Both the position numbers and the translations under genes were made by a program. The notes under the pieces are model-generated. The model was given only the letters and a program-made list of their open reading frames with translations. It ran no database searches and had not been told where the DNA came from. Positions 9,393 through 19,161 of a stretch of DNA of 44,647 bases are shown here, one piece after another. The stretch covers positions 1 to 44,647 of the forward strand of contig JAPLDX010000108.1 of NCBI GenBank assembly GCA_026391215.1, written 5' to 3'. This DNA is from Bacteroidia bacterium. GTDB lineage: Bacteria; Bacteroidota; Bacteroidia; Bacteroidales; VadinHA17. Each line of letters begins with the position of its first letter. The first letter of the stretch is position 1.

Positions 9393-10427
9393 ATGACATT
9401 TTGTATCCCAAAAGAGTACCATCCTCAATTTGTACCGGAAACTATGGAGCAAGCCATTAAAATGCTGAAAGACCGATTTCAGGAGGAGTTGTCCAAACAA
9501 TTGAATCTCAGACGAGTTACAGCCCCTCTGTTTGTTTTAGCGGGAACCGGTATTAATGACGACTTAAACGGTGTGGAACATGCTGTATCTTTTCCTGTCA
9601 GGTGCATGGGAGAGCATAAAGCAGAAGTTATTCATTCATTGGCCAAATGGAAAAGAATGAAACTCGGAACCTACGGTATTCCGGCCAATTACGGACTGTA
9701 TACTGATATGAATGCAATTCGCAGTGGTGAAGATCTCGACAATCTTCACTCTCTGTATGTAGATCAGTGGGATTGGGAACAAACCATAACGGCAGAAGAC
9801 CGTAATCTGGAATTTTTAAAGGCTACAGTCAGAAAGATCTATGAGGCAATGAAATGTATGGAGCAAATTGTGTATGAATCTTATTCTCATATCTATCCGG
9901 TTCTTCCCAAAGAAATAACTTTCCTTCACACAGAAGATTTACTGAATGAATATCCTCAATTAACTCCAATGGAAAGGGAAAGTGAAGTTGTAAAAAAATT
10001 TGGAGCCGTATTTATCATTGGCATAGGAGGTACCCTGTCGGACGGAAAAATTCACGACGGACGCGCTCCTGATTATGATGACTGGACCACTCCTACTACT
10101 GAAGGCCATAAAGGTTTGAATGGAGATATTGTTTTTTGGAATCCAATTTTGAATTCAGCAATTGAAATCTCCTCCATGGGGATTCGTGTTGATAAGGAAG
10201 CTCTACTCAATCAACTGAGAATCAGGGGTTGTGAAGAACGCACTAAGCTTGAATTTCATAAAGCTTTGTTAAAAGGGTCCTTCCCTCTTTCAATAGGGGG
10301 AGGTATCGGACAATCCCGTTTATGCATGTTTTTTTTACGCGCCGCCCACATTGGAGAAGTTCAATCTTCCGTATGGCCTGAAGAAATGATTGAAACCTGT
10401 AAAAGGCATAACATTTATTTAAAATAA
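9393..10427 (+). CDS. asnA: Aspartate--ammonia ligase (asparagine synthetase A)
   Basis: HSLAKWKR, HSLYVDQWDWE, HDGRAPDYDDW, SIGGGIGQSRL, HIGEVQ motifs. Confidence 0.96.
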   Translation: MTFCIPKEYHPQFVPETMEQAIKMLKDRFQEELSKQLNLRRVTAPLFVLAGTGINDDLNGVEHAVSFPVRCMGEHKAEVIHSLAKWKRMKLGTYGIPANYGLYTDMNAIRSGEDLDNLHSLYVDQWDWEQTITAEDRNLEFLKATVRKIYEAMKCMEQIVYESYSHIYPVLPKEITFLHTEDLLNEYPQLTPMERESEVVKKFGAVFIIGIGGTLSDGKIHDGRAPDYDDWTTPTTEGHKGLNGDIVFWNPILNSAIEISSMGIRVDKEALLNQLRIRGCEERTKLEFHKALLKGSFPLSIGGGIGQSRLCMFFLRAAHIGEVQSSVWPEEMIETCKRHNIYLK

Positions 10428-10477
10428 GACTTTTATCAGAGCAGGACAATCTGACCACCCTTAACCTATTGGTTCTT

Positions 10478-11737
10478 ATGAAGGATAGAATTAAAGAACA
10501 CATTAACAATCCCGAGAAACTTGAACAATTATATCGTGATGATAGAATGGCTTTTGAATCAAGTTTTGAAGAAGTTTATTCAGAAATAGAAACATCTGAA
10601 TTAGCAAAATACTGGAAGATCAGATTAGATTATAATAAAACGCCGGATAAGATAAAGAAATTTAATCTGCTGGATATTATTATATTGATTTCAGCATGTT
10701 TAATAACTGGATTTCTAATTAAAATACCAGATATTTTTAATGTCAGGATGACTGACTTTATTTTTTATGAGAAAAATGCAGGGATCATTGTTTTCTTTGG
10801 GCTCACTATTTACGTTGTCTGGACTAACAGAATCTTTGAACTAAAAAGACTTACACTTATCCTGATTACTTTCTTAATCCTGACAATATATGTTAATCTT
10901 TTACCATCAGTCAATGACAGTGCCTCAATTAATCTCGTGTACATTCATTTACCTCTTCTAATGTGGTGCATTTTCGGATTGGTTTATATTGATTTTAATT
11001 TAAAGGATAAAATCAAACGAATTGAGTATATAAGATACAATGGTGACTTAGCAATTCTTGTGGCGTTAATAGTTATAGCCGGGGGTATTTTGACAGGAAT
11101 CACTGTTGGCTTATTTGATGCTATTGGCATTAACATTGAAAACTTTTACATGAAAAATGTTGTAATTGCAGGGTCAGTTTCTGTACCGATAGTTGCTACA
11201 TATATTATAAAGAATTATACGGCATTAACTAATAAGATCGCCCCTGTAATAGCTAATATTTTTAGCCCGCTGGTTTTGCTTACCGCTATAATATATCTTA
11301 TGGCTTTGGCAATCTCAGGTAAAGACCCATACAGCGATCGGGAATTTTTATTGATATTTAATATTATGCTATTAGGTGTTATGGCTGTAATTGTCTTTTC
11401 AATTTCTGAAACATCAACAGCCAGGAAACAGAAATTCAATGAATTGATCTTATTTATCCTTTCAATAATAACAGTAATTATTGACTTAATTGCCTTATCT
11501 GCAATTTTTTATCGCCTGGGTACATTTGGTATAACACCAAACAGGTTAGCTGTTCTTGGTTCAAATATCTTGATTTTAGGTAACTTAGTATTGTTAATCA
11601 TTGATTTGTACAAAGTAAATTTCAAAAATATTTTGATTAAGGAAGTTGAGTTAACTATTTCAAAATACTTACCTGTTTATCTGATTTGGATACTTTTTGT
11701 AATATTTGGATTCCCTCTGATTTTTAGAATGAAATAA
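10478..11737 (+). CDS. Polytopic membrane protein, DUF4153-like
   Basis: Many TM segments; GITPNRLAVLG and IAPVIANIFSPL motifs. ATG 10478 preferred over TTG 10469. Confidence 0.7.
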   Translation: MKDRIKEHINNPEKLEQLYRDDRMAFESSFEEVYSEIETSELAKYWKIRLDYNKTPDKIKKFNLLDIIILISACLITGFLIKIPDIFNVRMTDFIFYEKNAGIIVFFGLTIYVVWTNRIFELKRLTLILITFLILTIYVNLLPSVNDSASINLVYIHLPLLMWCIFGLVYIDFNLKDKIKRIEYIRYNGDLAILVALIVIAGGILTGITVGLFDAIGINIENFYMKNVVIAGSVSVPIVATYIIKNYTALTNKIAPVIANIFSPLVLLTAIIYLMALAISGKDPYSDREFLLIFNIMLLGVMAVIVFSISETSTARKQKFNELILFILSIITVIIDLIALSAIFYRLGTFGITPNRLAVLGSNILILGNLVLLIIDLYKVNFKNILIKEVELTISKYLPVYLIWILFVIFGFPLIFRMK

Positions 11738-11810
11738 AAACAAAGACGAAGTCAGACACGGACAATAAACTACATAAACTCTTCACGATTATTACAATTT
11801 ATTCCCAGCC

Positions 11811-11949
11811 TGCAAAAGCCGGACTGCTTGACCACATTTGGCCAGATAAATTGAGTTTATCGTATTAAACTAAATAACAAGCATTTAACTCCGGCCTGAG
11901 ATGGTCAATTTGCTCCGGCCGATTGTGGTCACGGGCACTGGAATTTCCA
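11811..11949. mobile_element. IS21-family-like miniature inverted-repeat element (copy 1, 139 bp)
   Basis: TG...CA termini; imperfect terminal IR (TGCAAAAGCCGGACTGCTTGACCACATTTGGCC vs revcomp TGGAAATTCCAGTGCCCGTGACCACAATCGGCC); internal CCGGC-N6-TGGTCA repeats 24 bp apart; no transposase. Confidence 0.7.
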
Positions 11950-12024
11950 GCTGATAATCAGTTTGACTTTAGACTACAGTTGAATAGATTCAAATCTCCA
12001 ACAGGGATAATTACTTTTTTCATA

Positions 12025-12708
12025 TTATAGGGTTAGTCGGTGTAGTGCAAGGTTTCTTAAATAATTGACTGCCCCCTGAGGATCAGGTGAATAAAAGTCA
12101 GCGCCTATCTTCTCACAATATTCCTGTGTGACAGGAGCGCCGCCAACCAGAATTTTTAAACTAGGATAATTTGTTTTTAAATCAATCACAGTTTTTTTCA
12201 TGTTTTCCATTGTTGTTGTAAGTAAAGCTGATAAACCAACAATAGAACCAGGATTTTCATCGATTGCTCTAATGAATTTCTCAGTTCCTGCATCCACACC
12301 AAGGTCAATTACCTCCCATCCACCACCTTCAACCATCATTGCGACAAGGTTCTTCCCAATATCATGTAAGTCTCCAGCTACTGTTCCGATAATAAATTTC
12401 CCTTTCCTTTTTGTTTCACCTGATTGAAAATAAGGCCTGATATGGACCATCGCTCCATGCATGGCTTTTGCTGACATTAACATCTGAGGAACAAATATCT
12501 CATTCCTGCTGAACTTATTACCCACAATAGTCATTGCAGGGATCAATGCATTTTCAAGAATCTCAGTCGGTTTAATCCCATTTTCAAGAGCTTTTTTTGT
12601 CAGTTCATTTGCTCCATCCTGATCCTTCAAATTCGGTGGATAAGGACAGGCTTTGTCAATCTTCCCAAATTCAACACATTGTCGTAGTTTTTGTAGAATA
12701 TCATTCAT
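12025..12708 (-). CDS. Cobalamin-binding corrinoid protein (MtaC/MttC-like; cap plus B12-binding domain)
   Basis: GTVAGDLHDIGKNLV (DxHxxG), SALLTTT, VGGAP; N-terminal cap EIFVPQMLMSAKAM. Confidence 0.92.
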   Translation of the reverse strand: MNDILQKLRQCVEFGKIDKACPYPPNLKDQDGANELTKKALENGIKPTEILENALIPAMTIVGNKFSRNEIFVPQMLMSAKAMHGAMVHIRPYFQSGETKRKGKFIIGTVAGDLHDIGKNLVAMMVEGGGWEVIDLGVDAGTEKFIRAIDENPGSIVGLSALLTTTMENMKKTVIDLKTNYPSLKILVGGAPVTQEYCEKIGADFYSPDPQGAVNYLRNLALHRLTL

Positions 12709-12789
12709 AATTAAACTATTAATTAAAAAAATTAATCCTCAAGTCCTGCAAAATAGTAACCTCCTTAATCACTTTCTTCATACTTGCTT

Positions 12790-12821
12790 TATATTATATC
12801 TCCAAATCAAATGAATCTCAT
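12790..12821 (-). promoter_or_regulatory. Putative ECF-sigma promoter upstream of the corrinoid protein gene
   Basis: ATGAGATTCATTTGATTTGGAGATATAATATA; one of five copies with identical spacing. Confidence 0.7.
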
Positions 12822-13333
12822 AGGGAAAGTATAATTCTTTTTAGTGCATCTTGATCTTTTCTAAGGGACATAATCCAGAAGTGTACATATCACACTGTTT
12901 AAACATATTATCCGAAATGTGATCAATATATCCGTCTTATTCAGATTCTCCAGCTCTTTTTTCAGATAAAAGAATACTCATACTTTTGGTATCGTATACT
13001 ATTTGAATGTTTCTATATTCAGGTGAACCTTATTTCCAGATCTTTGTAAACTACACATTATCAGATTAATGGAAGAAGGATTTCCTTCCTGGCATACGTG
13101 CACCCAAACAAAATAAGTCCTCGCTCCCGCAGACTTATCATCTGAGTATTTAGCTTTTCACTATATAACTTTTTTCACACCACTATTTATATAATACCTT
13201 AAAAATTCTGTTCTGTATTATAGAAAATTAAACAAAAAAAGTTGGCATAATAAACACATCAATAATTGTAAGATTAAATGTTTATCATTTAACATTATTT
13301 AAAACAAGATTTTTAAACTGTTGTATTAAAGGG

Positions 13334-13341
13334 TATATTTG
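13334..13341 (+). promoter_or_regulatory. Housekeeping -7 promoter element for the ECF sigma gene
   Basis: TATATTTG, 25 nt upstream of the TTG start. Confidence 0.6.
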
Positions 13342-13366
13342 TATCACACTGATAAAAATAACTTTT

Positions 13367-13951
13367 TTGAAATCGATTCCCGACGATATTGAATTAGTTG
13401 AGAGACTGCAAAAAGGCGATGTTGAAGCATTTGACCTGATATATGAAAAATATTCAAGGAAACTCTATGCTTTTGGATTAAAATACCTCAGGTCAGCTGC
13501 AGAGACCGAAGAACTGGTCCAGTCGGTTTTTCTAAAGATATGGGAAAACTACAAAAATCTAAAAAAAGAATCATCTTTCAAATCATACCTTTTTACTATA
13601 GCATACAACGATATTTGTAAACTTTTTCGAAAGAGAAATTATCTGCAAAAATTTATCAGTGATACCCTGTACGAAAATTCTCAATCCTCTTCTGAAACAG
13701 AAGACGGGATCGACTATCAGTTTGTTCTTGAACGTGTGCAACAAATCATTGAAAAACTCCCTGAAAAGCAAAGAATCATCTTCATGAAAAGCCGACAGGA
13801 GGGTAAGTCATCCAAAGAGATAGCTGAAGAAATTGGACTTTCACCTGGAACCATTGATAATTATATATCAGAATCCCTTAAATTTATCCGTTACCGGTTG
13901 CGTAATGAAAACTTGTCAGTACTTCTGCTGTTTTCCTTGTTTTTCCTTTAA
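13367..13951 (+). CDS. ECF RNA polymerase sigma-70 factor (Bacteroidota PUL type)
   Basis: GDVEAFDLIY, ELVQSVFLKIW, FKSYLFTIAYN, LPEKQRIIF...EIAEEIG; hydrophobic C-terminal tail; adjacent to fecR. Confidence 0.93.
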   Translation: MKSIPDDIELVERLQKGDVEAFDLIYEKYSRKLYAFGLKYLRSAAETEELVQSVFLKIWENYKNLKKESSFKSYLFTIAYNDICKLFRKRNYLQKFISDTLYENSQSSSETEDGIDYQFVLERVQQIIEKLPEKQRIIFMKSRQEGKSSKEIAEEIGLSPGTIDNYISESLKFIRYRLRNENLSVLLLFSLFFL

Positions 13952-14091
13952 ATCAATAGAATCATTTCCCTTCTTAATACATCGCTGTCTGGAATATTTT
14001 TAATGTGCTTATAGACAGTGTATTATAAGCTAGTTGCGATAATACCGTCAAAGAAAAGGAATCAGCCTGAAAAGAAAAGTACATATTCCTT

Positions 14092-14123
14092 ATGAGATTC
14101 ATTATACTTGATGGTATAATATA
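14092..14123 (+). promoter_or_regulatory. Putative ECF-sigma promoter upstream of the candidate sRNA
   Basis: ATGAGATTCATTATACTTGATGGTATAATATA. Confidence 0.65.
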
Positions 14124-14124
14124 A

Positions 14125-14305
14125 ACCAACGTGAAAAACGTAATTATTAGAGGTAACTAATTATAAAGGATAAATTAATTCGGAATTCAAAACACGATTT
14201 TAATAGTTGGGTTAGTTTAGTTAGTTTAGGAGGTGTCTATGCATGCTGACAGGTACTTGTAGTTTTTTAAATAGTTCTATTTCTGCATTACCTGTCAGCT
14301 TTTTT
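14125..14305 (+). ncRNA. Candidate ECF-dependent small RNA (about 180 nt)
   Basis: Promoter motif, then an ORF-less tract containing TAGTTGGGTTAGTTTAGTTAGTTTAGG, then a terminator hairpin. Ends are approximate. Confidence 0.5.
14245..14305 (+). terminator. Intrinsic terminator-like hairpin
   Basis: GCTGACAGGTA (14245-14255) pairs with TACCTGTCAGC (14289-14299), followed by T6; extra pairing is possible inside the loop. Confidence 0.7.
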
Positions 14306-14505
14306 GTTGTGTAATATCACTTATCAACAAAAATAGTAAAGTAGTATTGTTAATTCTTCTCTGTAACTTTATATTCAAAATCCAAAAGGCCAATAAATCA
14401 ATAACCAACAATTATCTAGAATAGATTATGAACTGAGTATCGTATTCACAATATGTTAATTTAACAGAAGAAATTGATTAGATTGTAGAAAAATGCCATT
14501 TTCAG

Positions 14506-14537
14506 ATGAGATTTACCTTGTTTACGGGTATTATATA
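14506..14537 (+). promoter_or_regulatory. Putative ECF-sigma promoter upstream of fecR-susC-susD
   Basis: ATGAGATTTACCTTGTTTACGGGTATTATATA. Confidence 0.7.
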
Positions 14538-14581
14538 AATAAACTGAACGGGGAAACTGCTTTCCTCTGGTACTAAATTAA

Positions 14582-15628
14582 ATGACAATGCTGAAACAAG
14601 AAGAAATAGATAAGATAGAACGATATATTAATGGACTGTCGGACAATAAGGAAAAGACCGTTGTCGAGTCTTTATTCTCAAACGGGGGAAATAATAGTCT
14701 GTTACGTCATCACCTGGAAGAAGACTGGGATTCAATGCAACAGGGATCCGTTACAACTGATGTTGATCTCAACCACCTCCTTGATCATGTTCACCATATA
14801 ATCAGGAAAAACGAGACGTTAAAAAGGCAGAGACCTCTTCAAAAATTTATACGAGTCTACATGAAGACTGCCGCCATTCTGCTTTTACCCCTACTAATTA
14901 CAGGAGGACTGGTTTATAGTTACCTGGATTATCATAGGAAAACATTTACTGACAGGCAGGTCCTGTCCACCATTTATGCCCCTATGGGCGCACGCGTCTC
15001 CTTCAATTTGCCTGATGGAACTACCGGAATGCTTAACAGCGGTTCACATCTGACCTATACCATCCCTTTTGCAATAAACCGCCAGGTTAAACTTGAAGGG
15101 GAAGCATGGTTTGAAGTGAACCACAATGCAGATCATCCATTTGAAATAGGTACCGGAAATTCGACTGTGAAAGTGCTGGGTACAAGTTTCAATATAAGTG
15201 CCTATCCGGCAGAAAATTATATTGAGGTAGTACTTCAGGATGGCAAAGTGGAATTCCAGGATAATGAAAGCAAAGAAAAAGTTACGATGCTCCCATCGGA
15301 AAGGTTGGTATTTCAGGCCGGGAATATCAGCAAGTCAGTTACTGATCCGGAAAAGTATCATTCATGGACAGAAGGCAAGCTTGTTTTTAGAGGTGATCCC
15401 ATGTCTGAAGTTGCCCGCCGTATTGAACGGTGGTATAATGTAAAGATCAAATTGGACAACCAGGAGCTTGAAAATTATTCTTTCCGTGCAACATTCGAGG
15501 ACGACACACTCGAGGATGTACTACGGTTCTTAAGTATGACTTCTCCTATAAAATATAAGATCGCTCCACGCGAGCTAATGGTTGACGGAACTTATGAAAA
15601 AGAAGTAGTTACTATTTATCTGAAATAA
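14582..15628 (+). CDS. FecR-family anti-sigma factor
   Basis: Single TM; LPDGT..LNSGS, LEGEAWFEV, VKVLGTSFN, SWTEGKLVF, ERWYNV motifs. Confidence 0.93.
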   Translation: MTMLKQEEIDKIERYINGLSDNKEKTVVESLFSNGGNNSLLRHHLEEDWDSMQQGSVTTDVDLNHLLDHVHHIIRKNETLKRQRPLQKFIRVYMKTAAILLLPLLITGGLVYSYLDYHRKTFTDRQVLSTIYAPMGARVSFNLPDGTTGMLNSGSHLTYTIPFAINRQVKLEGEAWFEVNHNADHPFEIGTGNSTVKVLGTSFNISAYPAENYIEVVLQDGKVEFQDNESKEKVTMLPSERLVFQAGNISKSVTDPEKYHSWTEGKLVFRGDPMSEVARRIERWYNVKIKLDNQELENYSFRATFEDDTLEDVLRFLSMTSPIKYKIAPRELMVDGTYEKEVVTIYLK

Positions 15629-15690
15629 CGATTTTTTAAACTCTAAAATCTAAAAGCTATGAAAACAACCAAAGGGCCTTAAAAAACGAC

Positions 15691-15720
15691 AAAAAAAGGA
15701 AACCGCGTCAACGATTTCCC
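15691..15720 (-). terminator. Antisense-oriented terminator-like hairpin between fecR and susC
   Basis: AAAAAAA-GGAAACCG-CGTCAA-CGATTTCC; the U-run follows the stem only on the minus strand. Confidence 0.55.
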
Positions 15721-15767
15721 TAAAAAACATCATTCTGATATTTTTTAACTTAAAACACTACAAATCT

Positions 15768-18700
15768 ATGAAAAAAAACAAACCTTTTAGGGAATTGTTT
15801 TATTGTTCTCTGAAAAAAACTCTAAAAATTATGCGTAATGCTTTAATTCTACTATTTATAGGAGTCCTGCAAGCACACGCAATTGACACCTATTCACAGA
15901 AGACGAGGCTTTCCTTAGATTTTTCAGATACAGAACTAACTAAAGTTCTCGATAAAATTGAAGTGGAAAGTGAATTCTTCTTTCTTTACAATGAAAAACT
16001 GCTCGACATTGACCGTAAAGTCAGTATCACTGAAAACGATCAATTAATTAATGTGATACTAGATGATCTTTTTACTGGTACTGATGTAAGGTATACAATA
16101 ATTGACCAAAAAATCATTCTTGCTCCTGAATATTTAACGGAAAAATCTGAGATACAACAACGCTCAATTTCCGGAACGGTTGTGGACTCAAAAGGAGAAC
16201 CACTTCCAGGAGTAACAGTTCGGGTAAAGGGTACTTCAATTGGCACACAAACCGATATTGATGGGAAGTTTAAACTTTCTAACTTATCGGAAAGTTCTAT
16301 TCTAATGTTTTCATTTGTAGGTATGCAGACACAAGAGATTGAAATTACTGGTAAAGAACTTGTTAATGTTACTTTAATTGGAGAAGATGTTGGATTGGAT
16401 GAGGTCGTAGTAATTGGATATGGTACAGTCAAAAAGCAAAATATTACAGGTACAATTTCTCAAATAAAGGCAGATGCATTGGAAAACCGGGCTCTTGCAT
16501 CCTTAGGAGAGGGTTTTGCTGGCAAGATGGCTGGGGTACTTGCACAGCAAACTACGGGTAAGCCTGGATCAGAGTTATTTATTAGAATCAGGGGAACAAG
16601 TACCCTAAATGCCGGAACTGCTCCACTTTATGTTATTGATGGTGTTCCGGCAGCAGATATACAAGATATCAATCCATCTGATATTAAGTCAGTCGAAGTA
16701 TTGAAAGATGCAGCTTCTGCCGCAATCTATGGTGCCCGTGGGGGAAATGGCGTTGTATTGGTCACTACAAAGCAAGGAATTAAAGGAAAGCCAACCTTTG
16801 ATCTTGATGTGTCCTATGGATTACAAAGAGTAGACAAGAAGGTGCCAGTGTTTAACAGAAATGAGTATATCGCATATTTATCATGGGCAAGGAATGTAAA
16901 TTACATTCGTTCGGGAGGAAGTATGAATGATCCTATGGGCTCTCGCCCCATTGGTTACCAAATTCCAAATGAATGGTTGGATCCAGAATCAATGCCAGAT
17001 ACAGATTGGCAAGATGCAATATATAGAATTGCCCCAATGGCAGATTATCAATTATCTGCGTCAGGAGGTGGAGATATAGGATCTTTTATGATATCAGGTT
17101 CTTATATGAATCAATATGGTATTATGGAATGTACCGGCTATAAAAGGACCACTTTTCGCGTGAATACAACTTTAAATGTGGGGCAACATCTGAAACTGGG
17201 AATGAATATTTCCCCGTCCTATTCAATTTCAAATAACCCGGACAGCGAAGGAAAAGAAACTGTATCTCACCATGCAATTCAAATGCCAGCAATTGTTCCG
17301 TTAAATTCAATGACCGAAGAGTTGGGATACACTGCCGGAGTTAGCTTGCTGCCCAATCCTTTAATACGACTGCAGACAGTTAAGCAGGAAACGAGATACA
17401 ATAAATTACAAACCAACGTCTGGGGAGAATTAGAAATAACAAAGTCATTGTCATTCAGGTCTCAATACGGATACAATACCAGTGAATCTAAATCTACATA
17501 TTTTAGACCTTCAAATGTAAATCTAGGTAATGCTACAGGTGGTAGTTCTGCTGTAATTGATTATTACATTTGGTCACTTCAAAATACGATTACATATGCC
17601 CCAAAGATAAGTTCATTATTTGACATGAGTCTTTTGTTGGGACAGAGTATTGAAGGATCCAAAAATTATTATGTTGCTGCAGGTAAATCAGGATACCCTA
17701 ACGACCTGATTTACACCATGAATGTTGCCTCTACAGCAACTAATGCTAATTCATCGGAATCAGAGAACAGTATGTTATCTTATTTTGGCCGGTTGAACTT
17801 TAACATGAAAGATAAATATTTGTTAACAATAAATGGTCGTTATGACGCTTCATCCAGATTTGGGCCAGATACAAGATGGGGATGGTTTCCTTCTGCTTCT
17901 TTGGGTTGGAAAATTAACAAGGAAGAATTTATGAAAAACATTCCTTGGCTGGACCTGTTAAAAATCCGTCTTTCTATCGGGAAAGCCGGCAATAACAGTA
18001 TTGGAGATTATGAACCTATTGCGTTATTGAAATTATCCAATTATTCTCTTAACGGTAGCGTTGTAAATGGTCTGGCTCCTTCAACTCTCGGTAATCCGGA
18101 TTTGGGATGGGAAACAAGATTGTCAAGAAGCGTTGGACTTGATTTCGGGGCTTTCAAAAATCGTATACAGGCCAACCTCGATTATTATAATGACCTTACT
18201 ACAGACATGCTATTTAGCGTTAATGTCCCTTATATGTCAGGGTATGGTTCAGTAAGAGAAAATATTGGTAAAATCCAAAACCGTGGTTTGGAATTTGAGC
18301 TGACCACATCCAACATTGAAAGTCCATTTAAATGGACAAGTTCATTTAATATTTCCAGTAACATTAACAAAATAAAAGCGTTAGGTCTTGATGATGCGCC
18401 GATTATCACTAGCATGAATTCATATATTTGTTTTATCCAAAAAGTAGGCGAAGCAGTAGGTAGTTTTTATATGTATAAGACCGATGGGTTATTGTTAGAA
18501 GATGATTTTGACGAAACTGGTAAAGCAATCGTACCTATTGCCACGGGACAGGAAATAGGGAATATAAAGATTGTTGATACTAATAATGATGGTGTGATCG
18601 ATGCAAACGATCTGACGATATGTGGGAAGAATCAGCCTGATTTTTTGTGGGGAATCACCAATAACTTTTCCTACAAAAACTTCAGTTTGAGTGCTTTCTT

Positions 18701-19151
18701 TCAAGGCGCACAGGGTGGGAAAGTATTTATGCTTGGATTGCGACAAATCGGATATTTAAAAAAGTATTTAAGAAGCTATAAACAAATTCAGCCAAACGGA
18801 GAAAATCCGATCCCGGATTACTTAGGTGTAGATATGTCATGGGATGGGGAGACGGAAGGTGGTGTTGGAGCCAATCCAAGGTATAGTGACAGATGGCTAG
18901 ATGATGCGAGCTACACCAGACTTAAAAACATTACTATAGGTTATACCCTCCCGGAAAATTTATCCAGACGCATTGGAATTCAATCTGCCAGAATCTATGT
19001 CATGGGAGATAATGTTTTTACCTGGAGCAAATATCTGTTTGCGTCACCAGAAACAAACATGTACGGGAACCAAACAACACAAATGGGAGTTGATTATGGA
19101 ACTTATCCTATTTCAAGAAGATACAGTTTGGGTATTAATTTAACTTTTTAA
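15768..19151 (+). CDS. susC: SusC/RagA TonB-dependent transporter with N-terminal STN signalling domain (transducer)
   Basis: STN region, CarboxypepD-like domain, plug motif LKDAASAAIYGARGGNGVVLVTTK, C-terminal GINLTF. Confidence 0.96.
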   Translation: MKKNKPFRELFYCSLKKTLKIMRNALILLFIGVLQAHAIDTYSQKTRLSLDFSDTELTKVLDKIEVESEFFFLYNEKLLDIDRKVSITENDQLINVILDDLFTGTDVRYTIIDQKIILAPEYLTEKSEIQQRSISGTVVDSKGEPLPGVTVRVKGTSIGTQTDIDGKFKLSNLSESSILMFSFVGMQTQEIEITGKELVNVTLIGEDVGLDEVVVIGYGTVKKQNITGTISQIKADALENRALASLGEGFAGKMAGVLAQQTTGKPGSELFIRIRGTSTLNAGTAPLYVIDGVPAADIQDINPSDIKSVEVLKDAASAAIYGARGGNGVVLVTTKQGIKGKPTFDLDVSYGLQRVDKKVPVFNRNEYIAYLSWARNVNYIRSGGSMNDPMGSRPIGYQIPNEWLDPESMPDTDWQDAIYRIAPMADYQLSASGGGDIGSFMISGSYMNQYGIMECTGYKRTTFRVNTTLNVGQHLKLGMNISPSYSISNNPDSEGKETVSHHAIQMPAIVPLNSMTEELGYTAGVSLLPNPLIRLQTVKQETRYNKLQTNVWGELEITKSLSFRSQYGYNTSESKSTYFRPSNVNLGNATGGSSAVIDYYIWSLQNTITYAPKISSLFDMSLLLGQSIEGSKNYYVAAGKSGYPNDLIYTMNVASTATNANSSESENSMLSYFGRLNFNMKDKYLLTINGRYDASSRFGPDTRWGWFPSASLGWKINKEEFMKNIPWLDLLKIRLSIGKAGNNSIGDYEPIALLKLSNYSLNGSVVNGLAPSTLGNPDLGWETRLSRSVGLDFGAFKNRIQANLDYYNDLTTDMLFSVNVPYMSGYGSVRENIGKIQNRGLEFELTTSNIESPFKWTSSFNISSNINKIKALGLDDAPIITSMNSYICFIQKVGEAVGSFYMYKTDGLLLEDDFDETGKAIVPIATGQEIGNIKIVDTNNDGVIDANDLTICGKNQPDFLWGITNNFSYKNFSLSAFFQGAQGGKVFMLGLRQIGYLKKYLRSYKQIQPNGENPIPDYLGVDMSWDGETEGGVGANPRYSDRWLDDASYTRLKNITIGYTLPENLSRRIGIQSARIYVMGDNVFTWSKYLFASPETNMYGNQTTQMGVDYGTYPISRRYSLGINLTF

Positions 19152-19161
19152 ATGTTGGAAT

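Noticed and set aside
9275-9460. 61-aa ORF upstream of asnA
   Set aside because: Low-complexity AT-rich promoter DNA overlapping asnA in another frame.
12025-12708. metH fragment or pseudogene
   Set aside because: Intact stand-alone cap plus B12 domain with its own promoter motif; no adjacent MetH domains.
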